In this document: in pieces, positions 19,496-27,439 of the stretch
How the letters are laid out: the number at the start of each line of letters is the position of its first letter
How positions within the stretch are numbered: position 1 is the stretch's first letter
Origin: Candidatus Acidiferrales bacterium
Lineage (GTDB): Bacteria > Acidobacteriota > Terriglobia > Acidiferrales > UBA7541
Reading direction: 5' to 3'
Assembly: GCA_036513735.1 (NCBI GenBank)
Contig: DATBYL010000308.1
Location: forward strand, 1 to 33,175
Length of the DNA: 33,175 nucleotides
Translations under genes and position numbers: made by a program
Notes under the pieces: model-generated
Told to the model about the DNA's origin: nothing
The model's database searches: none
The model's input: the letters and a program-made list of their open reading frames with translations, nothing else

Positions 19496-19908
19496 GCATC
19501 GCCTCCCAAGTTCCGGAAATTATCTGTATTTTCGGAAAACTATTAGCGTTCAGCTTGCCGTTGAATTTAATTCGCCGAGACCGGGCCGTTTTGGCCCACC
19601 AAGTCCCTGAGACTATCCATGCGCGCATCGGATTGCAACATAAAGCCTCACGCGCCGCCGTTATCATTCACCTCCGCCGTCCTTCGTAACGGGCGTACTG
19701 GAACCAAATTACCCCCGTCGCAGTACTTGACTTAATTGCCAAGGGGCGTTAACGTCCCGGTCACTTTATCTAGCCCCTACAGGTATCTCGCCGCTGACGC
19801 GGGCTAAATCGTTCGTCGCACGGAAACACGCGTGACGCGCCAGTGTCCGAACGCGACGGTGGTTAATTGGGATTACATAGAAGCCGCTTTCTTAGATCGG
19901 AGCTGATC

Positions 19909-21909
19909 ATGCGAACGACTGCGCGAATGACGACGCGAATCTGGAACAGGTTTGCCCTTTTAATTCTTCTTTTGGCCGCGGCATCTCCGCTCGGCGTCAC
20001 TCCCGCACGAGCCTCCGCTCCGGATTGGCCTCCCATCGCTCCCGACGAGCTTGCCATGAAAGATAATCCCGCCAGCCCCGGCTCGCTCGCCATGATTCTT
20101 TTCCGCGAAGAAATTGTGAACAGCAAGGATTCATCCGAAACGTATTACTACCGCATCAAGATTTTCACCGAAGAAGGCAAGAAGCACGCCGACGTCGAAA
20201 TTCCATTCATCAAGGGTCTCTCCGACGTCAAAGATATCCGCGCGCGCACAATTCATCCCGACGGCAAAGTAATTGATTTCACGGGCCAGCCCATCGACAA
20301 GCTGGTCGTAAAGTCCGGCGACGCGAAAATTCTCGCGAAAACTTTCACCATGCCCGACGTTACTCCCGGCAGCATCGTCGAATATCGCTACAGAATTCAG
20401 CGCGACTCCGATCTTCTCTACAACATTCTGTGGCGCATCGAGGAACATATTTATACCAAGCGCGCTCACTTTGTTTTCGAGCCTTATCGCGGCGATAACG
20501 CCCCCAGCCTTCTCTGGCGAATCGCCCATCTGGATTCCGGTCTCGCTCCGCAAAAGCAAAAAGACGGCTCGTACTCGCTCGAGGTTCACGACATTCCCGG
20601 CGTTCCCGATGAAGACTACATGCTTCCCGAAGACGAAATCCGCGGCCACATCGAGTTCATTTACAGCGACGAGGAGCATCCGAAGGACGCGAAACTATAT
20701 TGGGATAACGTGGCGAAAGCCCGATTCCAGCATCAGGACGAATTCGTCGGCAAGCGCGGCTCCATTCGCGATCTAGCCAACAAGCTCGTCACCAATGACG
20801 ATTCGCCGGAGCAAAAACTCCGCAAACTTTATGCCCGCGCTCAGCAAATTCACAATCTGGATTTCGACCCCGAAAAAACTTCTCAGGAAGCGAAGCGCGA
20901 TAAAACCAAAGACAACAATAATGTTGACGACGTCATGAAGCACGGCGCCGGCGATTCCGCCGACATCGATTATTTTTTCCTCGCGCTCGCTCAGGCCGCC
21001 GGCTTCGATTCCGGCATCGTCTGGATCGCTCCTAGAAACGAGCGCCGATTCGAGCCAAACGCTCAGGACCGCCGAATGCTTGACGATTTCATCGTCTGGG
21101 CTCACGCCGGTGACAAAGATTATTTCCTCGATCCCGGCGCCGCTCTTTGCCCGTTCGGCACGTTGCCGTGGTACGAAACCAGCATCACCGGACTTCGTCC
21201 CACAAAACAGGGCGCGGTCTTCATGAAAGTTCCGGTTGCCGACGGTGCCGATTCCGCCGTCGCTCGCCGCGCTCAACTCAAGCTCGACGAATCCGATGGC
21301 TCCATGTCCGGCACTCTCTACGTCACCTACACCGGCCAAAACGCGCTCAGTCGCCGCAGAGATGCCCTCAACGAAGACGAGACCGGCAAAAATAAAATTA
21401 TCACCGACGAAGTGAAATCCTGGTTTCCTGCCAACGCAAAATTCGATCTCACCACCGTCACCGGATGGGACAAGCCCGATTCGCCGCTCCAGGTCGAAGG
21501 CAAAATTACTTTGCCCAGCGTCGCCGAATCCGTCGGCCGCCGCGTTCTGCTACCGCTCGGCCTATATGAAGCTGGCCGCCCGCAAATATTCCAAACCGCC
21601 AGCCGCAAGCAGGATATTTATTTTCACTTTCCGTACGCGGAACAAGACGACATCACTCTTCAGGTGCCGCAAGGCTGGCACGCCGAATCTCTTCCTGCGC
21701 CGGCTGTAGTCAATCCCGGTGGCTTGCTTCGCTACGAAATTTCCGCGAAGCAGGAAGGTGACGCTCTTCACGTGCAGCGAAAACTTATCGTCGGCGGCAT
21801 TCTCTATCCCGCCGATTCCTACGGCGCGGTTCGCAAATTTTTCGGCAGCGCAAAAGAGGGCGACGAAACTCAACTCGTCCTGCAAACCGCTCCACCGGCA
21901 AGCAAATGA
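19909..21909 (+). CDS. Secreted DUF3857 / transglutaminase-fold / DUF3858-like protein, paralog 1 (catalytic Cys and His replaced)
   Basis: The track ORF begins at a TTG at 19867. I prefer the ATG at 19909 (GGAG 7 nt upstream). The signal peptide is ...LLILLLAAASPLGVTPARA|SAPDW. The core region KHGAGDSADIDYFFLALAQAAGF aligns with the Cys motif of paralog 3 and has Ser in place of Cys. YFLDPG retains the Asp. Confidence 0.75.
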   Translation: MRTTARMTTRIWNRFALLILLLAAASPLGVTPARASAPDWPPIAPDELAMKDNPASPGSLAMILFREEIVNSKDSSETYYYRIKIFTEEGKKHADVEIPFIKGLSDVKDIRARTIHPDGKVIDFTGQPIDKLVVKSGDAKILAKTFTMPDVTPGSIVEYRYRIQRDSDLLYNILWRIEEHIYTKRAHFVFEPYRGDNAPSLLWRIAHLDSGLAPQKQKDGSYSLEVHDIPGVPDEDYMLPEDEIRGHIEFIYSDEEHPKDAKLYWDNVAKARFQHQDEFVGKRGSIRDLANKLVTNDDSPEQKLRKLYARAQQIHNLDFDPEKTSQEAKRDKTKDNNNVDDVMKHGAGDSADIDYFFLALAQAAGFDSGIVWIAPRNERRFEPNAQDRRMLDDFIVWAHAGDKDYFLDPGAALCPFGTLPWYETSITGLRPTKQGAVFMKVPVADGADSAVARRAQLKLDESDGSMSGTLYVTYTGQNALSRRRDALNEDETGKNKIITDEVKSWFPANAKFDLTTVTGWDKPDSPLQVEGKITLPSVAESVGRRVLLPLGLYEAGRPQIFQTASRKQDIYFHFPYAEQDDITLQVPQGWHAESLPAPAVVNPGGLLRYEISAKQEGDALHVQRKLIVGGILYPADSYGAVRKFFGSAKEGDETQLVLQTAPPASK

Positions 21910-21935
21910 CGACTGACCGAATGGAGCACCCACAA

Positions 21936-23912
21936 ATGTTTTCTCGTCATCGTGCTACAGCAATCGCTCTTCTGTTATTCGCCGCCGCAGTCTTCGGCCC
22001 AGCCCCCGCTCGTGCTTCAGCCGACTGGCCCCCACTCGCTCCCGAAGATCTCTCCCTCAAAGACAATCCCGGCGAGCCGGGCGCTGCCGCCATGATTCTC
22101 TATCGCGAAGAAATCATCAACAATAAGGACTTCCACGATTTTTACTCCGAACATTTCTATCGCATCAAAATTTTCTCCGACGCCGGAAAAAAATACGCGG
22201 ATATCGAAATTCCCTCCGCCAAATTTTTCGGCGAAGTCCGTGACATCCACGGCAAAACAATTCATCCCGATGGCAAAGTCATCGAATTCGATGGAAAAGT
22301 TCTGGATAAATTAGTCGCCAAATCCGGTGACGTGAAAATTCAAGTAAAAACATTTTCCCTTCCCGACGTAACTCCCGGAAGCATCATCGAATACACCTAT
22401 AAAGTTTCGTTGCCCGCCCAATATCTAGCTCCTGCCGACTGGCCCGTGCAGGACGCCATCTATACTCGCCGCGCTCACTTTGTGTATCGCCCCTTCACCG
22501 GCGGCACCACGGCCACCCTCCTCTGGCGCTCGTCCCATCTGCCCGATATCAAGCCCCCTCATAAAGAAAGCGATGGCTCATGGGCAATGGACGTGGCCGA
22601 TGTTCCCGGCTTGCCTGAAGAAGATTTCATGTTGCCTCTGAACGAAGTTCGTGGCCGCATCGAGTTTTATTACACGCACGAAAACCATACCGGCGATACC
22701 AAGCAATATTGGGATAACGTCGCAAAGCAATGGGCCGACGAAAATGAAAAATTTATCGGCAAGCGCGGCTCCATCCGCGATCTCGCGAACCAGCTCACCG
22801 CTTCCGCCGATTCTCCGGAATCCAAGCTACGCAAGTTTTACGTCCGCGCACAGGCCGTCCATAATTTTGACTACGATCCCGAAAAAACGATTCAGGAAGC
22901 CGAGCGCGAAAAAGCCAAGAAGGACACGAACGTTGACGACGTCCTCAAGCGCGGCTCGGCAACCAAGCTCAACATCAATCAATTCTTCGTCGCCCTCGCT
23001 CAGGCCGCTGGATACGACGCCAGCGTCACCTGGGTTCGCGCGCGCACTCGTTCCTTCTTTCATCCCGAAATGCAGGATCGCTCCGAATTAAACGAAGCTC
23101 TCGTCTGGGTTCGTGCCGGTGACAAAGAATATTATTTGGATCCCGGAAATCCGTTTTGTCCTTTCGGCATGTTGCCGTGGTACGAAACTTTCACCACCAC
23201 CATGCGTCCCACCAAGCAGGGCGCCGTTTTCGCCGAAACTCCGCTGCCTCCATCGGACCAGTCCATCATTTCTCGCAACGCGCAATTCACTCTTGATCCC
23301 GATGGCTCCATCTCCGGCACATTCACCGTGCGTTTCACCGGTCAAACCGCCTTCGTTCGCCGCTTCGACGGCCGCAACGAAGACGAAACTGGCCGCAGGA
23401 AAATCATCTCCGACGAAATTAAAAATATGTTCCCCGGCAGCACAACTTTTGAACTCACTACCCTAACCGGCTGGGAGAAAAATGATGTTCCTCTCGAGGC
23501 CGTCGGCAAAGTCACCATGCCCAATATCGCCACCATCGCCGGCCGCCGCGTGCTGCTTCCCGTCACCGCTTTCACCGTTGGCACGCGACAGCGATTTGAC
23601 GCCACCAAGCGCACGCAGGACATTTATTTTGCCTACCCTTACACCAATGCCGACGACTTGATCATTAAATTGCCCGCCAATCTGCAAACGGCGACCCTTC
23701 CCAAACCAAGCGTCTACAATCTGGGCAGTGAATTTCACTATGAAATCGCCGCCAATCAGAAAGACGGCGCTCTGCACGTCGTACGAAAAATGAATGTGAA
23801 TGGCGTTCTCTATCCCGTGGATAACTACCGCGATATCCGCAGTTTTTACGTCATGGCCAAGTCAGGTGACGAGCAGCAGATAGTCTTGCAATCAGCGGGT
23901 TCCAGCAATTAG
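21936..23912 (+). CDS. Secreted DUF3857 / transglutaminase-fold / DUF3858-like protein, paralog 2 (catalytic Cys and His replaced)
   Basis: The track start is 21906, which overlaps the upstream stop as ATGA. The ATG at 21936 has a GGAG 9 nt upstream and gives MFSRHRATAIALLLFAAAVFGPAPARA|SADW. The protein is collinear with paralog 1 throughout. The core reads KRGSATKLNINQFFVALAQAAGY, with no Cys. Confidence 0.75.
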   Translation: MFSRHRATAIALLLFAAAVFGPAPARASADWPPLAPEDLSLKDNPGEPGAAAMILYREEIINNKDFHDFYSEHFYRIKIFSDAGKKYADIEIPSAKFFGEVRDIHGKTIHPDGKVIEFDGKVLDKLVAKSGDVKIQVKTFSLPDVTPGSIIEYTYKVSLPAQYLAPADWPVQDAIYTRRAHFVYRPFTGGTTATLLWRSSHLPDIKPPHKESDGSWAMDVADVPGLPEEDFMLPLNEVRGRIEFYYTHENHTGDTKQYWDNVAKQWADENEKFIGKRGSIRDLANQLTASADSPESKLRKFYVRAQAVHNFDYDPEKTIQEAEREKAKKDTNVDDVLKRGSATKLNINQFFVALAQAAGYDASVTWVRARTRSFFHPEMQDRSELNEALVWVRAGDKEYYLDPGNPFCPFGMLPWYETFTTTMRPTKQGAVFAETPLPPSDQSIISRNAQFTLDPDGSISGTFTVRFTGQTAFVRRFDGRNEDETGRRKIISDEIKNMFPGSTTFELTTLTGWEKNDVPLEAVGKVTMPNIATIAGRRVLLPVTAFTVGTRQRFDATKRTQDIYFAYPYTNADDLIIKLPANLQTATLPKPSVYNLGSEFHYEIAANQKDGALHVVRKMNVNGVLYPVDNYRDIRSFYVMAKSGDEQQIVLQSAGSSN

Positions 23913-23946
23913 AAATTAATTTTCACTCGGTCAAAGGTGAATATCG

Positions 23947-25956
23947 ATGCGCATCAACTCAAATCTCAATTTCTCTCTCGTGCGTTTTCTCCCGCGCGCA
24001 GTCAGCGCCGCATTTCTTCTCGCATTCATCGCATCGCTAGCCTCCGCTCCCGCGCGCGCCGACGTCCCCTCTTGGCTCACCGCCGTCGCGCATGACACTT
24101 ATCCCGGCGTGCCCGCGGAAACCAACGCCATCGTTCTCTATGACGAGCAGGAAACCACCGTTCAGCCAAATGGCGATATCGAAACTCTCTATCGCCGCGC
24201 GTATTTAATTCTCCGCCCCGACGGCCGCGCCTACGGCCGCGTCGCGGTTCCCTTCGATAACGAAACTAAAATCACCTGGATGAAAGCGTGGTGCCTTCCG
24301 AAGGATGGCAAGCCCTACGAGCTAAAAGAAAAAGACGCCGTCGAAGTCGGCGATTTTGAATCTTTCTATTCCGATGACCGCAGCAAAGTTTTGGACATTC
24401 CCGCCGCAACTCCCGGAAATGTTGTCGGCTATGAATATCGCCAGAAGAAACGTCCGTTTTTCCTTCAGGACGAATGGATGATTCAAGACAACATTCCCGT
24501 TCTCCGTTCGCGATTCACTCTGAACTTGCCGGCAGGTTGGGAATTCAGCACGAAATGGATTCACTATCCCGAACAAAAACCAACTTCGCAAAACGCTACG
24601 CAAATCGTCTGGGCCGTCGATCACATTCCGGGAATTAAAAAAGAACCATCCATGCCCACTTTTCATTCCGTCGTAGCGCGAATGGGCGTCACCTATTTCC
24701 CCACCGGCGCGCAAACCAGGGCCTTCGGTCCCACAAATTGGGAACAAATCGGCGTCTGGTACAACAATCTCGCCGCCACTTCGCTCCAATCCAGCCCCGA
24801 AATTCAGCAAAAAGTAAAAGAGCTTACCGCCAACACGAAAACTTGGGAAGAAAAAGTCGGCGTCCTCGCCCACTACGCGCAAAGCCAGATCCGCTACGTC
24901 GATATCGAAATCGGAATCGGCGGATTTCAGCCCCACCCCGCGGGCGATATTTATCGCCACCAGTATGGCGATTGTAAGGACAAAGCCACTCTCCTCAGCG
25001 CCATGCTTCATGAAGCCGGAGTCGAATCCTACCTCACGCTCGCTCAGGTTTTTCGCGGAATCGTCGCGCCCGAATTTGCATCGGCCATCACTTTCAATCA
25101 CGCCATTCTCGCCATCCGCGTTCCCGATGGGCAGGACGTGAAAGATCTCCACTCCGTCATCGACGTTCCCAAGCTCGGCAAACTTTTATTTTTCGATCCC
25201 ACTTCCAGCTACACGCCGTTCGGATTCATTCCCACTTACGAGCAGGATAATTACGTTCTCGTCGCCGCGCCGCAAGGCGGGGTCCTCGTAAATCTTCCGC
25301 TCAGCGCGCCGGACTTGAACCGCCTCGTGCGTTCCGCAAAACTCCAGCTCTTTCCTGACGGTTCTGTCACCGGCTCCGTCGAAGAAATGCGTTACGGCGC
25401 TCAAGCATCCGACGAGCGCGAAATCCTCCTTGGCACCGCCGGAGCCGATCGCGCCAAAATTCTCGAAACTTTTCTCTCCAACTTCCTGCGCGGCTTCCAT
25501 CTCACCAACGCTTCCACCATTGACCTCGACAAAGTCGGCGAACCGCTCGACGTCAAATATGGTTTCACCGCCGACCGCTACGCCAAATCCGCCGGCGATC
25601 TGCTCGTCGTTCGTCCGCGCGTCCTCGGTCAGAAATCCGACGACGTAGCCGAAGGCGATCCGCGAAAGTTTCCCGTCGAATTCGATTCCGCCTCCGTACA
25701 AACCGACGATTTTGAAATCACTTTGCCGCCCGGCTACTCCGTCGAAGACGTGCCGCCGCCCACCAAAGCCGAGTCCGAATTCGCCAGCTACACCAGTCAG
25801 GTCCAGGTGGACGGAAATAAAATCCGTTACACCCGCACCTACCAAATCAAACAAGTCCTCGTCCCGCTCGATAAACTCGACGAGCTAAAAAAATTCAATC
25901 GCCAGGTAGCCGCCGACGAGCGCTCGAGCGTAGTCCTGCATCACAGCGCGAATTAG
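23947..25956 (+). CDS. Secreted DUF3857 / transglutaminase-like / DUF3858-like protein, paralog 3 (intact Cys-His-Asp triad)
   Basis: 669 aa. AAGGTG lies 7 nt upstream of the ATG. The signal peptide is ...FIASLASAPARA|DVPSW. The transglutaminase-core motifs are HQYGDCKDKATLLSAMLHEAGV (Cys), TFNHAILAIRV (His) and LLFFDPTS (Asp). Confidence 0.8.
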   Translation: MRINSNLNFSLVRFLPRAVSAAFLLAFIASLASAPARADVPSWLTAVAHDTYPGVPAETNAIVLYDEQETTVQPNGDIETLYRRAYLILRPDGRAYGRVAVPFDNETKITWMKAWCLPKDGKPYELKEKDAVEVGDFESFYSDDRSKVLDIPAATPGNVVGYEYRQKKRPFFLQDEWMIQDNIPVLRSRFTLNLPAGWEFSTKWIHYPEQKPTSQNATQIVWAVDHIPGIKKEPSMPTFHSVVARMGVTYFPTGAQTRAFGPTNWEQIGVWYNNLAATSLQSSPEIQQKVKELTANTKTWEEKVGVLAHYAQSQIRYVDIEIGIGGFQPHPAGDIYRHQYGDCKDKATLLSAMLHEAGVESYLTLAQVFRGIVAPEFASAITFNHAILAIRVPDGQDVKDLHSVIDVPKLGKLLFFDPTSSYTPFGFIPTYEQDNYVLVAAPQGGVLVNLPLSAPDLNRLVRSAKLQLFPDGSVTGSVEEMRYGAQASDEREILLGTAGADRAKILETFLSNFLRGFHLTNASTIDLDKVGEPLDVKYGFTADRYAKSAGDLLVVRPRVLGQKSDDVAEGDPRKFPVEFDSASVQTDDFEITLPPGYSVEDVPPPTKAESEFASYTSQVQVDGNKIRYTRTYQIKQVLVPLDKLDELKKFNRQVAADERSSVVLHHSAN

Positions 25957-25986
25957 AATTGCTTTCCAAGGTAGGTAGATGGGGTG

Positions 25987-26017
25987 CCCCAGACGCCATC
26001 GTTTCGTCTGGGGTTCT
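25987..26017 (+). terminator. Hairpin terminator candidate downstream of paralog 3
   Basis: CCCCAGACG (25987-25995) pairs with CGTCTGGGG (26005-26013) across a 9-nt loop. It is followed by a weak T tract, TTCT. Confidence 0.5.
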
Positions 26018-26030
26018 GGCTTGTGATTTT

Positions 26031-26077
26031 CTCTGCTCCTCCTCTGCGTTCTCTGCGCCTCTGCGTTAAATGCTCTT
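26031..26077 (+). repeat. CTCTGCG-heptamer intergenic repeat, copy A
   Basis: Sequence: ctctgctcctcCTCTGCGttCTCTGCGcCTCTGCGTTAAATGCTCTT. It shares the 3' end CTCTGCGTT(A/G)AA(T/A)GCT(C/T)TT with the copy at 27322-27359. Confidence 0.7.
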
Positions 26078-26090
26078 ATCTTTGTCTTCT

Positions 26091-26897
26091 CTAAAAATAA
26101 TCCGCCTCCTCGCCCATCATCATATCCGCCGCCTTAAACTTCGCCTCAAATTTCCTCACTCCCACCTGCGTAAAAAATGAAATCTCCGTCGCATCCTTCG
26201 GAATCGAAGGAGTCCCATCCTTCATCCTCTGCGGAAACGCAAAAAAGTACCCGCGACTGTCCCGCGCGTCCACCCACATTCGTGTCTCGGCAATCCTCGC
26301 GTAAATTTTCCGCCCCGAAGGCTTCAACTCCAAATAAGTTTCCCGGCGCAAACTAGTCTCCTCCGTCGGCGGCAAAACGGTTTGCCCGGTCGGAATCATC
26401 ACCAGATCAATATTCTCCTCGTCGTTGATCAAATACCGCTGCGAAGCGAAATCCGTTCCCAACCCTTTCAACACCGCCTCGCGATAAAGCGCCCGACGCA
26501 AAGTCAGCGCCGAATTCCATCGCAAAGTAAAAGTCCCACTCGCACGATAAAGCTGCGCATCCGCTCCGCCCGGATCGCCCGCCTTCCCAATCTTCATCTG
26601 TTGAGCCGTCTCCGGCGAATCCCCATTCAAATAAGGCGAATAAGGAATCGTGATCTGCTTCGCCCACGGCGAATTATTCAAAATCCTGTCCACATCCTTC
26701 GCCGACCACTTCTCATAATCCGCATTCTTCCACGGCTCCGTAGCAAAAACGCAAACCGCCATCAGCAAGATCGCTCCCGCCGCCAAAATAATTCTTCGCC
26801 TCAAATTATTCCGATTGAAATCTTCGAGCTCAGAGGATTGAGACTTGAACAAGATCATCTCCCACGATTCAAACCTATGATGCACAAACATCCCCAC
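26091..26897 (-). CDS. Hypothetical exported or membrane-anchored protein
   Basis: 268-aa ORF. The start is uncertain (GTG at 26897, ATG at 26891, or the later MILFK). There is one N-terminal hydrophobic segment, RRRIILAAGAILLMAVCVFA, then WKNADYEKWSAKDVDRILNNSPWAKQ. I do not recognise a named family. The composition is protein-like, unlike the Arg-rich antisense ORF at 26382-26936. Confidence 0.6.
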   Translation of the reverse strand: MGMFVHHRFESWEMILFKSQSSELEDFNRNNLRRRIILAAGAILLMAVCVFATEPWKNADYEKWSAKDVDRILNNSPWAKQITIPYSPYLNGDSPETAQQMKIGKAGDPGGADAQLYRASGTFTLRWNSALTLRRALYREAVLKGLGTDFASQRYLINDEENIDLVMIPTGQTVLPPTEETSLRRETYLELKPSGRKIYARIAETRMWVDARDSRGYFFAFPQRMKDGTPSIPKDATEISFFTQVGVRKFEAKFKAADMMMGEEADYF

Positions 26898-27260
26898 CCG
26901 TTCAATCCTCCAGAGACGGTCGCCGCAGTTCCCTAAATCGTTCCAACGCGCTACCGTCGCGACAACCGGCCAGTTATACGTCCTCCTCGCCCCTCACTGG
27001 GGAAAGACGGGACGTTTTCCGGAGCAACTGCACCTTGACTCTTTTGTCCCGAAACCCCCGGGGCAGAATAGCGTCCATCTCCCCATGCCCTTTGTTTCCT
27101 TACCCTTAGCCACCACGCGCCCGCACTTCCGATAACCCATTTTTGAAAAAAGTCGTACCCCCACCCCACCCTGTTTTGCGATGTGTGTGCTAATAAAGGA
27201 CTTAGCGGAAAAATCGTAGGAGCCATCCCGCTCCTCACGCGGAATGGGCCGGCGGCATAG

Positions 27261-27281
27261 CTCACGTTCTCCGAACGTGAG
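27261..27281. repeat. Perfect 9-bp-stem hairpin in a non-coding region
   Basis: CTCACGTTC tcc GAACGTGAG, read directly from the sequence. No gene ends nearby, so it is not an obvious terminator. Confidence 0.6.
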
Positions 27282-27321
27282 TCCTTCCTACCTGTTTTCT
27301 CGCTCCGTACTCTCCGATCCT

Positions 27322-27359
27322 TTCTCTGCGTCTCCGCGAACTCTGCGTTGAAAGCTTTT
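27322..27359 (+). repeat. CTCTGCG-heptamer intergenic repeat, copy B
   Basis: Sequence: ttCTCTGCGtCTCCGCGaaCTCTGCGTTGAAAGCTTTT, in the same orientation as copy A. Confidence 0.7.
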
Positions 27360-27379
27360 CCTGTATTTTTCTGCCCCCA

Positions 27380-27401
27380 AAAGTGCACTACAATGCACTT
27401 T
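27380..27401. promoter_or_regulatory. Inverted repeat / candidate operator 1 upstream of the DUF3224 gene
   Basis: AAAGTGCA ctacaa TGCACTTT, with 8-bp perfect arms. It contains the 14-mer GTGCACTACAATGC. Confidence 0.45.
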
Positions 27402-27421
27402 GGGCAAAAATCCGGCTCCAA

Positions 27422-27439
27422 CATGCATTACAGTGCATG
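27422..27439. promoter_or_regulatory. Inverted repeat / candidate operator 2 upstream of the DUF3224 gene
   Basis: CATGCA ttacag TGCATG, with 6-bp perfect arms. It has the same TGCAyTACArTGCA layout as operator 1, about 40 bp downstream of it. Confidence 0.4.

Noticed and set aside
19601-19625. CTGAGA in the 413-bp spacer as a TPP-riboswitch core. I also noted GACACTGGCG (ZTP-like) and GGGACGTTAACGCC (c-di-GMP-I-like) on the minus strand.
   Set aside because: In each case only a short fragment resembles the consensus. The partner conserved segments (for example ACCTGATCTGG for TPP, CCGCCTGGGC for ZTP) are absent.
24322-25854. Two long minus-strand ORFs (24322-25152 and 25186-25854) inside paralog 3.
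   Set aside because: They are antisense shadows. The plus-strand frame carries the signal peptide, the transglutaminase core motifs and homology to the two upstream paralogs.
26382-26936. 184-aa plus-strand ORF overlapping the hypothetical gene 26091-26897.
   Set aside because: It is extremely Arg/Ile/Pro/Leu-rich and repetitive (RIRSARIARLPNLHLLSRLRRIPIQIRRIRNRD) and has no SD. The minus-strand frame has a transmembrane anchor and balanced composition.
26951-27424. 157-aa minus-strand ORF in the long non-coding stretch.
   Set aside because: - It has no SD.
- Its composition is Arg/Gly/Ser-rich.
- It runs straight through the CTCTGCG repeat and hairpin elements, giving repeat-derived peptide strings such as FNAEFAETQRKDRR.
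- I treat it as translated repeat DNA.
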